A stretch of DNA of 60,000 nt. Origin: Botryllus schlosseri. Lineage: Eukaryota. This document shows, piece by piece, positions 46,668 through 59,638 of this stretch; the first letter of the stretch is position 1; every line of letters starts with the position of its first letter. The notes beneath the pieces were generated by a model. That model made no database searches and had not been told where the DNA came from. It worked only from the letters and a program-made list of their open reading frames with translations. Location: NCBI GenBank assembly GCA_051294905.1, contig CM119371.1:34908001-34968000 (forward strand), written 5' to 3'. Made by a program: the position numbers and the translations under genes.

Positions 46668-47611
46668 GAGTAAAATTGCGATTCCATTCGAGAATACGAT
46701 TGTATCAAACTTATGAATACACGTATTCGTGACAATCGAGAAAGCGCATATTCAAGCAGTAATTCGTCTTTTACGTCAAACAGCACGAAGGGTACCCGAG
46801 ATGCGTCGAGGCAATTATCTGCTGATTATAATCATGCCGGATTGCATTTTCCAATCAACGTACTCAAAGTCTGGTAACGGGAAAGGAGGACGCTTTTTCA
46901 ATATGTTCAAACTTGAAACACCAAATCTTGGAAAAATGGTAAATTTTTCCCAATGGTCGCTTCCAAAATACAGTTTTTTTTCTTTCTCATTAGGCTATCA
47001 GTTTCTGGTTATCTAAAAAAAATCGTCACTTTCGTTTGGACCACGAATTTCCTATTTATGTCCATAGTGTACTGACCTGATAGCATTTATACTAAACGGT
47101 CTGAACCTTCCTATCTTTAAATTCTGCCACAATCTAGTGGCGTTTTGAACTGCTAAAAATCCTAAATACACCAACAAACTCAGAAGGCTTATTCCAGGGG
47201 TTCTCATCCTCGGGGGCTCGGGAGGCTCTCCATGTGGGCGCAAGAAATTTTTGTCGATTTTGTCAATGTCTGTATACATTGTGACTAAACATGCGTTTCA
47301 CAACCATTCTGAAGAGAAGATATTCGCTGTTAGTCGCTCAAACCCGTGGTTGCAGCCGCGGATTATACCACTGCGCTATCTCGCCACACACCCACCATCT
47401 GTCTTTTTCGCTTAATTGTCATTCTCGGCTCGGCTCACCACCACTCTCACTCTGCACTGCTTTTCAAATCACTGCTAAGGCAGTGAGGTCAGCGACGAGG
47501 ACCCCGATAAACCTCCAGCAAATAGAAACGTGGCAGAGTCGAGACACGAACTAACAATTGGTGTCGTGACGGTGTCGCTTAGCATACTTAGCCAACGGTC
47601 TTCATAATAAC

Positions 47612-48081
47612 TAGGGCCAGTTTTTGCAACTTTTGCAACTTTTTTTTAAAGCTTCCGGCAGCTTCCTAAATACTCGGAAGATATATAGAATGCTGTTTTA
47701 AGGAATCTTATAGTGCAACTTTTTGCAACTTTTGTCCATTTTTTTTCATGCAACTTTTTGCAACATTTTGCAGCTTTTTCGATTTTTCATGAAAGTATTT
47801 TCGATTTTGGTGAAATACACGACGAAATTCGACTGAAATACCATAAATCAGCACTGAAGTCACGATCTTACGGGTATTTCGGGAGCTGAGCCGGAAAGTT
47901 GACCTTTTTTTTATTTGGTCAGTCTGGGAAGTTGACCTTTTATTTATTTTTTAGTCAACCGAGCAAAATGTGGTCTTTTAGTGCAACTTTTGTGAAAAAA
48001 GAAATGCAACTTTTTACTGCAACTTTTGTCAAAAATAAATGCAACTTTCCACGGATTTAACTGCAACAAAAACTTGCCCTA
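47612..48081. mobile_element. hAT MITE with TGCAACTTTT repeats
   Basis: TAGGGC...GCCCTA; TSD ATAATAAC/ATAAAAAC; empty site in the opposite palindrome arm. Confidence 0.85.
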
Positions 48082-49029
48082 ATAAAAACCATCCAGCACT
48101 TAAAACACAGCGTAATTTCCGCAAGTGAAAAATACTTGCTGAAATCGTTTTAATGACACACAGGTCTCGGAGGCTCCAGTACGTATCGTAGGGGTGCAAA
48201 ACCCACATGTTTGTTTAATGCTTCTGCCTGCATGAGCTTGAAAACAAGCTCCGATATCAAGGACAGTAGGCACATTATGAGCTTGCTACCTTATGGTTAT
48301 GATACGCTTCTTCAATTTTGTTATACTGTTTTTTGTTTTGAATTTGCCATTTTCTCTCTGGCCAGTAAATAAGAAGCACAAAGAAATGTCACGATACAGT
48401 GTGTTCGGCTCTTTAGCTCAATCTAACTTGTACGCTTACAAGTTACAACAGGGGTTCTCAAATTTGTTGGACCGCGACCAAGATCTTAGTTTTAGTGAAT
48501 GATTAGCCACCGCAGCCTCGCGCATCAAAAAGAAAGCGTGTTCATCATAATAATATGCTGCGATTTTACAGGAATGTAGGCTAGAGAGAACTCGCAGACA
48601 ACAATTGTACGTAACACAGCTCCGCGAAATATATGTCTGACACATGCGGTTTCAAATTGGGGACAATTATTTTCCTCTGCGCGCCGTATTTTATTTGAAT
48701 GTGTACTCTGATTGCGAGGGCGGGACTACACGATACCGACTGCCGACCATTTCGACGACCGAGCATATCAATATCGAAAGCTCTGGCCAACCAGCAAGCA
48801 AAAGGTTTTGTCGCCGCTGGCCCTTTTGGCATCGCACTTTCCTTGCAGTATGTTGGCCAAAACGTCACGTCTCCATGTGTCCCGGCGCATAAGGGATTGG
48901 CCTCGAAATGAACTTATCTCATAGGACGGCACCCGCCCGCGTTGCACAAAGCATTCCGACGGTTATTGTTGTTGTTGCTGTTGTTCGTGGTATTCATGGT
49001 GTTAATGTCGACGCTATGGTCATTGCATG

Positions 49030-49252
49030 GTCATTAACACCAGGCCAATTCTCTTCATTTTTATTGCGTAGCTGTCGACTTACTACCATGGCTTACCTCT
49101 AGGCTTTCGGACACCGCTTACACGGAGGAAATGACGAGGAGAATCCTAGATAAACGTCCAACACTTAGGTAGGAATTATGGAGTCGACCTCGGTCGGACT
49201 CGAACCCACAACCCATTGGTGTTGCAGCTGTGGATTATACACCACCGCATCC
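49030..49252 (-). mobile_element. tRNA-derived SINE
   Basis: Homologous to 28590-28805; B box GGTTCGAGTCC. Confidence 0.7.
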
Positions 49253-49448
49253 ATACGGTCTTCGACGGTGTTTAGAAACCAGTCGAACAAATCTTATGGT
49301 GAATTCAAACCAAATTGTGTAATAAAAAGGTCGGCAAACTTTCATGATCAAGCCATATTTTCTGCGTGTCTCGCTTTGGCTACTGCACCCAGCACAGTAT
49401 AACCTTGCAGGTACAAACTATTCACATCAAATCGCGTGAAGAAATCTA

Positions 49449-49612
49449 TTTGCACGAAATTCAACACATTTTGCATACACATATCAACAGATAGCTCTGG
49501 TGACGTGGCGACCTAAAAGTATATGCCCTTTGCACGAAATTCAACACATATTGCATACATATAGTAACAGTAACAGAGAGCTCTGGTGACATGGCGAACT
49601 AAAAGTATGCCC
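49449..49612. repeat. ~80-bp tandem duplication
   Basis: TTTGCACGAAATTCAACACA...CTAAAAGTATGCCC x2. Confidence 0.8.
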
Positions 49613-52070
49613 TCTGCGACGTATGCTTTGAGAAGAAGGGGGAAATATGCGTTACAGTAACTTGCAACTGTGAGCCTCTATTTACTATACTCTCTTCTTT
49701 TCCGTACCAATCAAACTGTTTATTACGAAATTATGATGATTGTTCAGAGAAAGAGAGCAGAAAGTCAATTTAAGGTCATTTTGGTCCCGCGTGTCGCAGG
49801 CTCAGACGGGCTGATGCACTGTAGGTCAGCCACTACACATACACTTGCTAATCAAACCCAAACCTTTGATTATACGTCACAGTGCGCAAATATTAATTCA
49901 CTACGGCTGGTGCGAGAGACGTCATTGTAAAAGCTACGATTAGTGGTGCGTCGTAAGTCCAGCCATGTTTTTACAATTGCCTGACAACGACAAAGGTATG
50001 GGAGCCACTGCACTTGAATTCCCTATTAGGTTTATTTGAATAATTCCACGTAAAAAAGTAATAATTATTTACGATTTTCGTCCACACCACGTTGGTCATC
50101 CGCACTGCAATTATTTTCATCCGCACAAGTCTGCATACCAGTCCACAGATTGAAAAGCACTGCGCTAGGCTTAAGTGGGTCTTCTGGTTGAAAGAGAACT
50201 CCAAATGTCGCTTCGGCATTCCGATCATATACCGATTTCATTACACTTTTGACAATGCTGTGGATTGATCCTGCTGACTTCAAAATAATGTTTTTTTCAC
50301 CAAAGTCCGTAGCTCTGTATATACTATATCAATCGAGGTTTCAAGGCTTAACAGTGGAAAATAGTGTCATTCAACGAAGCGATGATCCCGCCTTCCACCT
50401 TTGCTCCAACGACAATTCGAGTTTCCTGAATACTAACGCACAACATGCACGAGTAGTGCTCTTTGAGCATTGCGCACGAGCTCGTCCACTCAGGTACTGT
50501 TAACATTGCACTTGCAGTCGTGCACTTGTACAGTTTGCAGGGTAATCTACCACAACTAATTTTCAGTTTTCTCTTTGAAAATACTTTGGAACAATGGTGA
50601 ACTCGAGCGGCCTCAAACTATTCTGTAGTGGCATGTGCATTCAAGTCGAAATACAAACAATTACTACTAAATAAATACAGTCCATCCTCAAGATTACCGG
50701 ACCACGACTGACCTATCGATCTCGCTTCCCATGACATGCCGCCCTATTTCTTGTCGCATTCTTTTTCTATACTATCTTCTTTACTTTCATTCAGTGTGCA
50801 TGCCTCCTCTTTACATCGCCTAGGCCAAGGTGGGTGTCAGATTCCATAGACTACTCCTTGTCGCTTCGACATCTTCCTGTCTTTTCATTGTATCGCATTT
50901 TTTGTGGTGTATTGAACTGATAAAATTGCTAATAAACCAATGATGATGATGATGCAGGAGGAGGTAAGGAGGAGGGATGCGCTGGATTGCTAAACCGTTA
51001 TGGTAAAACTTTTGCTGCAGAGACGAAAATCTCTGCACATGCTATATACTGCAGAATAGTTTGAGGCCGCTCGAGTTCACCATTGTTCCAAAGTATTTTC
51101 AAAGAGAAAACTGAAAATTAGTTGTGGTAGATTACCCTGCAAACTGTACAAATGCACGACTGCACGTGCAATGTTGACAGTAGCCTACCTGAGTGGACGA
51201 GCTCGTACTCAATGCTCAAAGAGCACTACTCGTGAATGCTGTATGCGTTAGTATTCAGGAAACTTGAATTGTCGTGGAGCAAAGGTGGAAGGAGGGATCA
51301 TCGCTTCATTGAATAATACAATTTTCCACTGTCAATAAGCCTTGAAACCTCGATTGATATAAAAGCTATACAGACTTTGGTAGAAATAACATATTTTTTA
51401 AGTCACGATCAATCCACAGCATTACTGTCACAAAGTGCAATGAAATCGGTATGATCGGATTGCCGAAGCAAATTTTGGAGTTGTCTTTTAACCAGAAAAC
51501 CCACCTAAGCCTGGAACAGTGCTTTTCAATCTGTGGAATGGTACGCAGACTTGTGCGGATGAAAATAATTGCAGTGCTGCGGATGACCAACGTGGTGTGG
51601 ATGAGTACCGATGAAAATCGCAAATAATTATTACTTTATTACGTGGAATTATTCAAATAAATCTAATAGGAAATTCAAGTGCACTGGCTCCCATACTTTT
51701 GTCGTTGCAGGGCAATTGTAAGAACATGGTTGGACTTACGACGCACCACTAATCGTAGCTTTTACAATGACTTCTTTCGCACCAGCCGTAGTGAATGAAT
51801 ATTTGCGCACTTTCACGTAATCAAAGGTTTGATTCGAAAGCGTGTGTAGTGGCTGACATACAGTGCATCAGTCCGTATGAGCCTGCGACACGCGGGACCA
51901 AAATGACCTAATATTGATTTTCTGCTTTCTTTCTCTGAACAATCATCATAATTTCGTAATAAACGGTTTGATTGGTACGGAAAAGAAGAGAGTATATAGG
52001 TAGCCTATAGCAAGCTCGAATAATGTGCTCATTCGAGGCATCTCCTTGATATTGGAGCTTGTTTTCGAGC

Positions 52071-52636
52071 CAGTGGTGACAACCGCGCGGTTTTCCCGCG
52101 AATTTGAGCTTGTCGTTTTCGCGATTCGCGGTTTATTTTCAGGAGTCGCGGGTTGCTTGTTTTTGGGCTTGTTTGATTTTTTATCAAACATGTATGGTGA
52201 GCCTGTTAACAAGTTGTATTCGCAGTTTTTGACACCAATCTTGCAACAATTCAACAAAATCAACAAGCTTTTTCAGTCCGAATCTGGAGATTATCTTGAA
52301 ATACAGGATGATCTGTTACTATTCTTTCGCTCCTTGGTGTCAAGGTTTGTGATACCCTCGTACAAAATGTTTACTGTACCGACTTCAAACCTACGAAATG
52401 CATGCTGGAGCGGTTTAATGAAAGCATGTATCAGGACACTGTGGATATTGGACAGGAAAATGACATCGTTTCACATGTTAGGCCTATATCTGAGTGAATT
52501 GTATTGTAAATACAATGTTTTGCATTCTAAAAATTGTTGCTTGTTTTTGGGCTTGTCTCGGCTAAAAATTCACTTGTTTTGGGCTTGTTTTTCAGATTTT
52601 TTTTGCTTGTTGTTGTAAAATAACCTGGCAACACTG
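52071..52636 (+). mobile_element. Internally deleted hAT element with transposase fragment
   Basis: CAGTG...CACTG; TSD TTTCGAGC/TTTCAAGC; peptide NKLYSQFLTPILQQFNKINKLFQSE...DLLLFFRSL resembles hAT transposases. Confidence 0.75.
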
Positions 52637-53041
52637 TTTCAAGCCCAGGCAGTAGCATTAAGCAAACAGTGGGTTTTGCACTGCTTCAGCGAACTGGAGC
52701 CTCCGAGACCTGTGTGTCGATTAAAACGATTTCAGCAAGTATTTTTCAATTGCGGAAATTACGCTGTGTTTTGAGTGTTGGATGGTTATTATAAAGACCG
52801 TCGGCGCAGTGTGCTAAGCGACACCGTCACGACACCAATGGTTGTTAGTTTGAGTCCCGACTCTGCCACGTTTTCATGTGCCGGAGGGTTATCTGGGCTC
52901 CTCATCGCTGACCTCATTGCCTTAGCAATGTTTTGAGAAGCAGAGTGCAGAGTCGTGGTGAGCCGAGCCGAGAAAGTCGGCAGTAATGATTAAGTTATAG
53001 TGGCGCATGACAAGCGAAAGAGACCGATCGTGGGTTGGAAG

Positions 53042-55185
53042 CAATGTTCCCTCTAATTTTTCAAGAGTCTGCGCAAACACGCCAACTCACTGCGCAGGCC
53101 CTCGGACAACAGTGCGCAACCACCCTCCAATAGGGTGATAAAACTAACTACTGGGGGGCTTAGCCCCCCAGACCCCCCTACGGCTCTAGGCTTCTTTCGG
53201 TACTTATCATGTACATTGGGTGGCCATTTAGTAGTCGCGTCCCTAAACGCGCGAAGCGCGAAAAAATTTCTATAATTCATGATTGCATCGGCCAATATGA
53301 TCGGGAATTGAATATATATTGCTATCAATTTTTATCCTCTCCCTGCTCACATAATCAGATTTACCGGTAGAGCTGATCCAGGGAGGTGTGTTGGAATAGA
53401 TAGGCCCTTAAATAATAATAAAACATCTTCGGGCGTACCCGTTGATATAATGACTTCGTTACATGATGCTATTTCGTGACCCCCTATCTGCTATGTCAAA
53501 AGATATTGAAATCGCCAAAGCGTACTAAAGTAAAAGACGTACACGATTTCAAATTGGTATTTCTTAACTGGAAAATAATGTTCCCTCGATATGGCATTTG
53601 TCTTGTTGTGGGACTCGGATCGCAGGACAGGAACATTCGGCGCCAGCCATTTAGGCGCCCATGGACATTAGGGCTGTTCAAAAATAACTTTTTTTCCTGA
53701 ATCTTGCTGGTTACTTGATTAAATCGTTAGGTTGCCTTAAAAAACGACGCATACCAAATTTGAATTCATTCCGACAAATATTCGCGGGTTACGTAGAGTT
53801 TGAAAATTTTGGATTTGCCCAAAAACGCAAAATAAAAATTTTCTCAAATTTTTTTGCCAACCCCATGAAATTGTTGGGCTGTCTTCAAAACCTATGCAAA
53901 ACAAATTTGACTCAATTCCTAGCTGTAGAACCGGAGTTATTTCAGTTTTTATTCGAAAATTCTGGGATTATCCTTGATTGGTGGATAATTCATGAATTAT
54001 CACCGAAAAACTGGAATAACTCCGCTTCTACGGCTTGGAATTGAGTCAAATTTGTTTTGCATAGTTTTTGAAGACAGCCCAACAATTTCATGGGGTTGGC
54101 AAAAAAATTTGAGAAAATTTTTTTTTTGCGTTTTTGGGCAAATCCAAAATTTTCAAACTCTACGTAACCCGCGAATATTTGTCGGAATGAATTCAAATTT
54201 GGTATGCGTCGTTTTTTAAGGCAACCTAACGATTTAATCAAGTAACCAGCAATATTCAGGAAAAAAAGTTATTTTTGAACAGCCCTAATGGACATGAACA
54301 ATTACACATATAGTTGTATATATCGAAGTTTTCGGTCAGCACCAGGGCAGTCTTTTTCGCCCAAGGTTTTTTCGCTGCTGATCGTTCTGGCGCACTTCTT
54401 GGATTCGCATGTTACATAGCCTTTAGCTTCATATGTCTTGGCGCGTCATGATGTGGTAACGACCGACGCCCAACTGCCCATTTCTATAAATCATGCCTAA
54501 GTTTTGTTGGGAAAGGGTACCCAATAATCAGATATCTTACAATAATAAAACGCGCGTAGCGCGAAAAAAAAATCCTGAAAAATTTCAAAAAATACACCAT
54601 GATTTATGTTAATTCTCGAAATAATTTTGGACCCCCTTCGAGCTCGGCCCCTCCAATTGGGGGGTTTGGGGTGCGAAAGTGACGGTCCTGAGTAAATCTT
54701 ACGCAATATTCATGCCACGCGGAGAAGACTATCATTCGTTAGTTTCTCGCAGATTAACTTCGAGCTAGCCCATTGTTATTTATAACTTTGTTAAACCATC
54801 TTATTTCGCCATTCCCAGAAAATAATGCGCTATTGAAATGATATCAGTATCGCTCACGTGTACGAGGCCATACTAAAAAAATATCTTCCGTGAGGCGCAG
54901 GTGATTGTGAACTCTCATTTCACCACGGAGCGCAATAGTTACCTTTGCGGGGCGCACTTGTACCTCGGTTTCAGACTTCAGTGATAACACTATTTGGCCC
55001 TGGCAATGTTCCATCTTAATTTTCACGAATCTGCGCGCCTGCGTGGTCCATTGGACAACAGTGCGCACCAACTATAAAAAAAAAGCATCACTTCTGATTT
55101 TTTGTGCGCAGCGTAGATTTTCTGTGCGCAGAGACCGTTTCAGCACTGCGCATTTGCGCACGTGCGCAGCTTAGAGGGAACATTA
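53042..55185. mobile_element. hAT non-autonomous element
   Basis: CAATGTTCCCTCTAA / TTAGAGGGAACATTA; perfect TSD GTTGGAAG. Confidence 0.9.
53669..54287. mobile_element. Young near-perfect foldback MITE (TAGGG family)
   Basis: ~280-bp nearly identical arms; perfect TSD ATGGACAT. Confidence 0.93.
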
Positions 55186-55738
55186 GTTGGAAGTCTTCCG
55201 TAATGTGACGAAAGACCGTAAAGACTTCCGAAATTACTGAAATTAATGTGTTGGCCGCAAATACAATACAATCAAAAATAAAAGAATAAAATAAAAAATC
55301 TCATAAAGACCGGGCCATCTAAGGACTATATATAAGTCGTTTTTGTACAAAATCCAACACGTAATTGGCCGTGAAGGGTTTTAGTGCTTTATAGTTGAAA
55401 TCAAAACGAGGCTTTTTTAATGAGACATCCTGATGGCATAAACCGTAAGTATGTACGGATGAAACTCTTTTCACAAAAATTGCGGGACGTGCTCATAAAG
55501 GTAGATTAAGCACTGCTAGTCTAGAGCAGTGCTTCCCATAACGGTGGGTCACGAAGATATTTCAGGTGCGTTGCGAAGAAATTTTTAAATGATACAATTT
55601 CCTATTCAATTTACCAAATACGCATCAGTGGGTCCCGAACAATGTTCCCTCTAAATTTTCGCGAGTCTGCGCGCGCTCACCAACTCACTGCGCGGTCCAT
55701 TGTACAACAGTGAGTAACGAATAAAAAAGGGTCATCAC

Positions 55739-57089
55739 CAGGCCGTGTTATTTTTGGCATTTCAGGAGCCAGATGCCAAAACTGCCAAAAATAAAAATTT
55801 GAAAATGCCAAAAATAAGCAATTTTTGGCATATGCCAAAAATAACGCGGCCTGCCAAATAGTGTATTTCGTTCATGGTGTTGTGTTAAAAGGACCGCGTT
55901 ACAAGCGAGAAGAGCGTTTGTGACAGGCAGGTTTCTTAATCTGGGTCCAGCCCACCCATTAGGGGTGAAAGCATGGTGTCCTAAATGGCGTGGGCACAGC
56001 GTGATTGAACGGCGGACTTCATTTGGTTTACGTCATACTTTCCATTTGTCCAAAGGCAATTTTACGACCATTTTTGACCGGCTTGTCGAGCACTAAATTT
56101 GATAAAACGGGCATCAATGAGAAGCTGCCGCAGTACTGATTATTAAAATATAAATTATATTCTGCTCATGGAGCTGGAACCCCGAAAATCAACCACGATT
56201 TTTGCATTGTGATCGAGTTGAACATTGTGACGCAACAAACTGTCTGGCTATTTCTGAGCTGCATAGTCTCGTTTTACAAGACATAGTCTTGTTGCGTCAA
56301 TGTTCTTAAACAAGATAATCTTCCCAGGACTCTTCCATGCGAGTTAGTAATATTAATGCCACCTGAAGTGACAAAAGTCCTCCGAAAATATATCGGTAGA
56401 CTGAAGGAGAAATGATAGTCGGGCTACTAAATGGAATGTGTTGAGAGACAACATAGGAAACTCCTGGAAAAGGATCAGGAAGAAAATTCTTTCCACGATG
56501 AGATCGATGGCACTGACGAAGTGATCTCTTTTCATGATGCATGGAAGCCGGTTCGGCCCTCCAAAGATTTTGAAGCTCGGAAAACCTTTTGTGGATGACT
56601 GGCAACATTCTTTCCCTCAACGGCTACTGTTGAAGCGGATATTTCCCAGATTCGCTGGGCGAGAAATGAATTTAGGAGAAACTTAGCTGACCTGAGTTTG
56701 GAAGCACTGTTACAGTGCAAACGATTTAAGTCTATTCAACAGCTGTAACAATCAGCTGTTGAGCGTGTTTGTTAGGCTTTTTTTTGCTTATTGGCACCGA
56801 GTCCGATGGATACTGCACATTTTGTGGTTTCGTTTGATATTTTTAACCTATGAAATCGTTAGGTTTTTTCTTCTTCTTATAGTTTGTTGGCACTGATTAT
56901 ACGTGGATGCTGCACATTTTGTGGTGTCTTTTGACAAACTAGCCCAAATAAAGCGTTTTTGTGACTAATTCGAGGCTGAAACTATTTATTTAGAGGACGA
57001 TGCCAAAACTGCCAAAAATAAAAATAGAAAAATGCCAAAAATAAGTTATTTTTGGCAGTTTTGGCATATGCCAAAAATAACACGGCCTG
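55739..57089 (+). mobile_element. Internally deleted hAT element
   Basis: CAGGCCGTGTTATTTTTGGCAT TIRs; perfect TSD GTCATCAC; nested in two other hAT-type MITEs (~55527-57330). Confidence 0.9.
56323..56748 (+). pseudogene. hAT transposase C-terminal (dimerisation) fragment with in-frame stops
   Basis: PRTLPCELV...FHDAW...TFCG*LATFFPSTATVEADISQIRWARNEFRRNLADLSLEALLQCK. Confidence 0.8.
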
Positions 57090-58777
57090 GTCATCACATT
57101 GATTGGACTGCCGATTTATCCACTTTTTTCGTTAATTTTGTGGTGTTGACTACAACAAAATGTCATCACTTCGGCTTTCTTGTGCGCATCTTACATTTTC
57201 TGTGCACAGAGACCGTGTCAGAACTGCCCGATTGCGCACGCGAGCAATAGTGGTCACAAACCTATTTCGGGTGAGTCGTGAAGAATTTTATAAATAGTGC
57301 ACAGTTCCCTATTCACCTTGCCAAATGTGCGAAACGCCTTATCTTCTCACGATTACACGAGAAATAGCCTACCAGCTATCCTATTTAAGTTTGTTTTTGG
57401 CCCGCTAGTTAGGGTTACTATATTTTGAGATCCGATAGTGCTATAGACAGGGCAAGGTTTGGGTGGTATGGAATTGGAGTTTTCCATACTCCATACCCGC
57501 CCAATCGTTCCATACCATAATCTACTTAACAATTTCCATACCATAGCAACCTTCTTCCATACCATATTTGATACTTTTTCCATACTTCCGCAACTTGCCC
57601 AGCCTCTCAAGTGATATTCTATTTTTGATATGTGGAAATGTTGCGGCGTTTTTATTCTAATTATTTAGATGAAATTATCCATTTAAACAGCCCTGATACA
57701 CCATTGATATCCCCAGTTTCTTTATATCATACGTCGTCAGCAATGTATGTTGCCTAATCATCGAATACGGAACGTTTATTATAGGCCTACACACATGGGA
57801 TTATTTGGAAATCACAAAATAATCTCATGACATGTAATATCTATATAGTGTTGTAACGGAATGCTAGCAGTAACATTATCTACAAAATAAGCCATAAGCT
57901 ACACTTTCGCACGCTGCATAACTCGAGAAGAAATATATTATTTCATCTGTAATGAGTCAGGCTATGCTATCAATTAGCAAGTCCGCGATCTACCTGAATA
58001 CATATTCAATTCACATACATGAGAACTCTTATTATAACGAGTCAGGTGATTTCAATCACACCATTTCGCATGCGACTGAATAACAACGTATATATGCGGG
58101 AGATCGCGTGCCGCTGTCCAGTCGATTCTCGCTAATTGGAGGCACTGATAATGAATACGATTGCTGAATTGCAAATGAGCTAATAGGCCTAAATATTAGA
58201 GGTACGGTCGGAATTCCATACAGATGTTTAATTACCTAAATTACCCACCGGTTCGAAACCACTGCATTATAATATATCTTAGAATATAAATTTACATCAC
58301 TACAATCATTTCGGTACAGCGGATCAAATGTCCATTTTCCCCGCCAATCTGTGGGCCATACACACTATAGATGCATTAGCTAAGATCAGGGTGTCTATTC
58401 TTTTATCAGAGATAACCAAATTTTATGAAGTTTATTGCGTGTTGTAGACCGGCATATCGTAACGTCGCTCCAAGACAAGCTACATATTTTCGAATGACCG
58501 ATGGTTATGTCAAATAGATATTGCGTATGACTATAGAGTATGACGATCATCCTACCAAAGCGCAGAAATTGATGTCGACTGGGGTGGGTGATGGATAAAT
58601 CGCAACTTGAGATATGAACATAAGAGAGTGAACGATTTTCTGAGGTATGCAATCAATTTGACAAATCGAAAGTAGGATCATTGCCATGATTCTGGAAAAA
58701 CTGACTAAACAACTGAAATGCGGATTCAAAATTGGCGTAAGATATAGGCCTACCTTATGTAGGCTATACTATCAGAT

Positions 58778-59292
58778 CAGGGGTGGGCAGCCCGTGCGGG
58801 CGCATGCGGTCGTAGAAGGGAATTTGTGCGGCCGTCGACGCCTAATTCTATTAGTATGTGTTGGCAGCCGTAGACATGCAAATTGCAATTACGAAGTCAC
58901 TCCCGAATTTTCGAGAGATTTTATATATGATCTTGAAATTTTCTTCGCGCTCCGCGCAATTCAAAAAAACTTCATTTTTCGATTCTGACGCAATAGCGCC
59001 CTTCTAATTGGAGCAGGAATGGGAATCCTCATTCGCGGCTCTGAACAATTTTCGCGCTCCGCGCGACTATGCACTACTCCCTGCAACTATTCATAACATT
59101 GCCACTCGCGATTTCGGTTCGTACAATAGGCCGTTGTGAAAAGTAGAATAGTTCGGAGTTCACCGGGAATGGATATGGACAGTTTACTATAGGTATTTTG
59201 CGTCCGGATCGTTCATTGCGGTTACGCCCTGGAAAGCGGCCTTAGGCTGCATTATCTGCATAACTAATCGAAATGCGGGTTGCCCACCTCTG
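58778..59292. mobile_element. hAT MITE
   Basis: CAGGGGTGGGCA / TGCCCACCTCTG; TSD TATCAGAT/TATTAGAT. Confidence 0.8.
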
Positions 59293-59638
59293 TATTAGAT
59301 GATGTGCTGTTTTGACATGACGATAAATGTAAGGGGGTCAGGGGCGCGCGATTTTTCTGACTATCGCCAAGGGGGGCGCCTGTCAAAAAAGGTTGAGAAC
59401 CGCTGGCCTATTCCCATTGAACAAAAGTGCGCCACCGGTGTTACAGAAATTTGTGGGAAATTTTTTTCTCGAATCTTGAGTTTCTTGAGCTCAGTGGTCA
59501 TTCCTCGTGGTTGCCGAAAATTCGCTGTGGGGTTTGTGTCGAATCGAGTATTTTCGGTCTGCAATCGGTCTACATATACCTGATTTAACACCTGTTGAGT
59601 ATTTTTAAATTGCTGAATAAAAATAATAAGAAGGCGGC

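Larger units (their letters stand above)
47390..53035. repeat. Large interrupted inverted repeat (axis ~50836, spacer ~50640-51033)
   Basis: 47390-48291 + 49685-50638 are the reverse complement of 51034-53035 apart from TE insertions. Confidence 0.93.

Noticed and set aside
50350..50560. Coding remnant (LVVVDY, integrase-like) in the palindrome arm
   Set aside because: Motif too short and flanking frames do not support an integrase
52025..52618. 197-aa ORF as a host gene
   Set aside because: It spans a TSD-bounded hAT remnant; only the central part looks like transposase
53715..54241. Paired near-identical ORFs on opposite strands (also 15658-16277, 20336-20702)
   Set aside because: Artefact of palindromic MITE arms; no protein motifs
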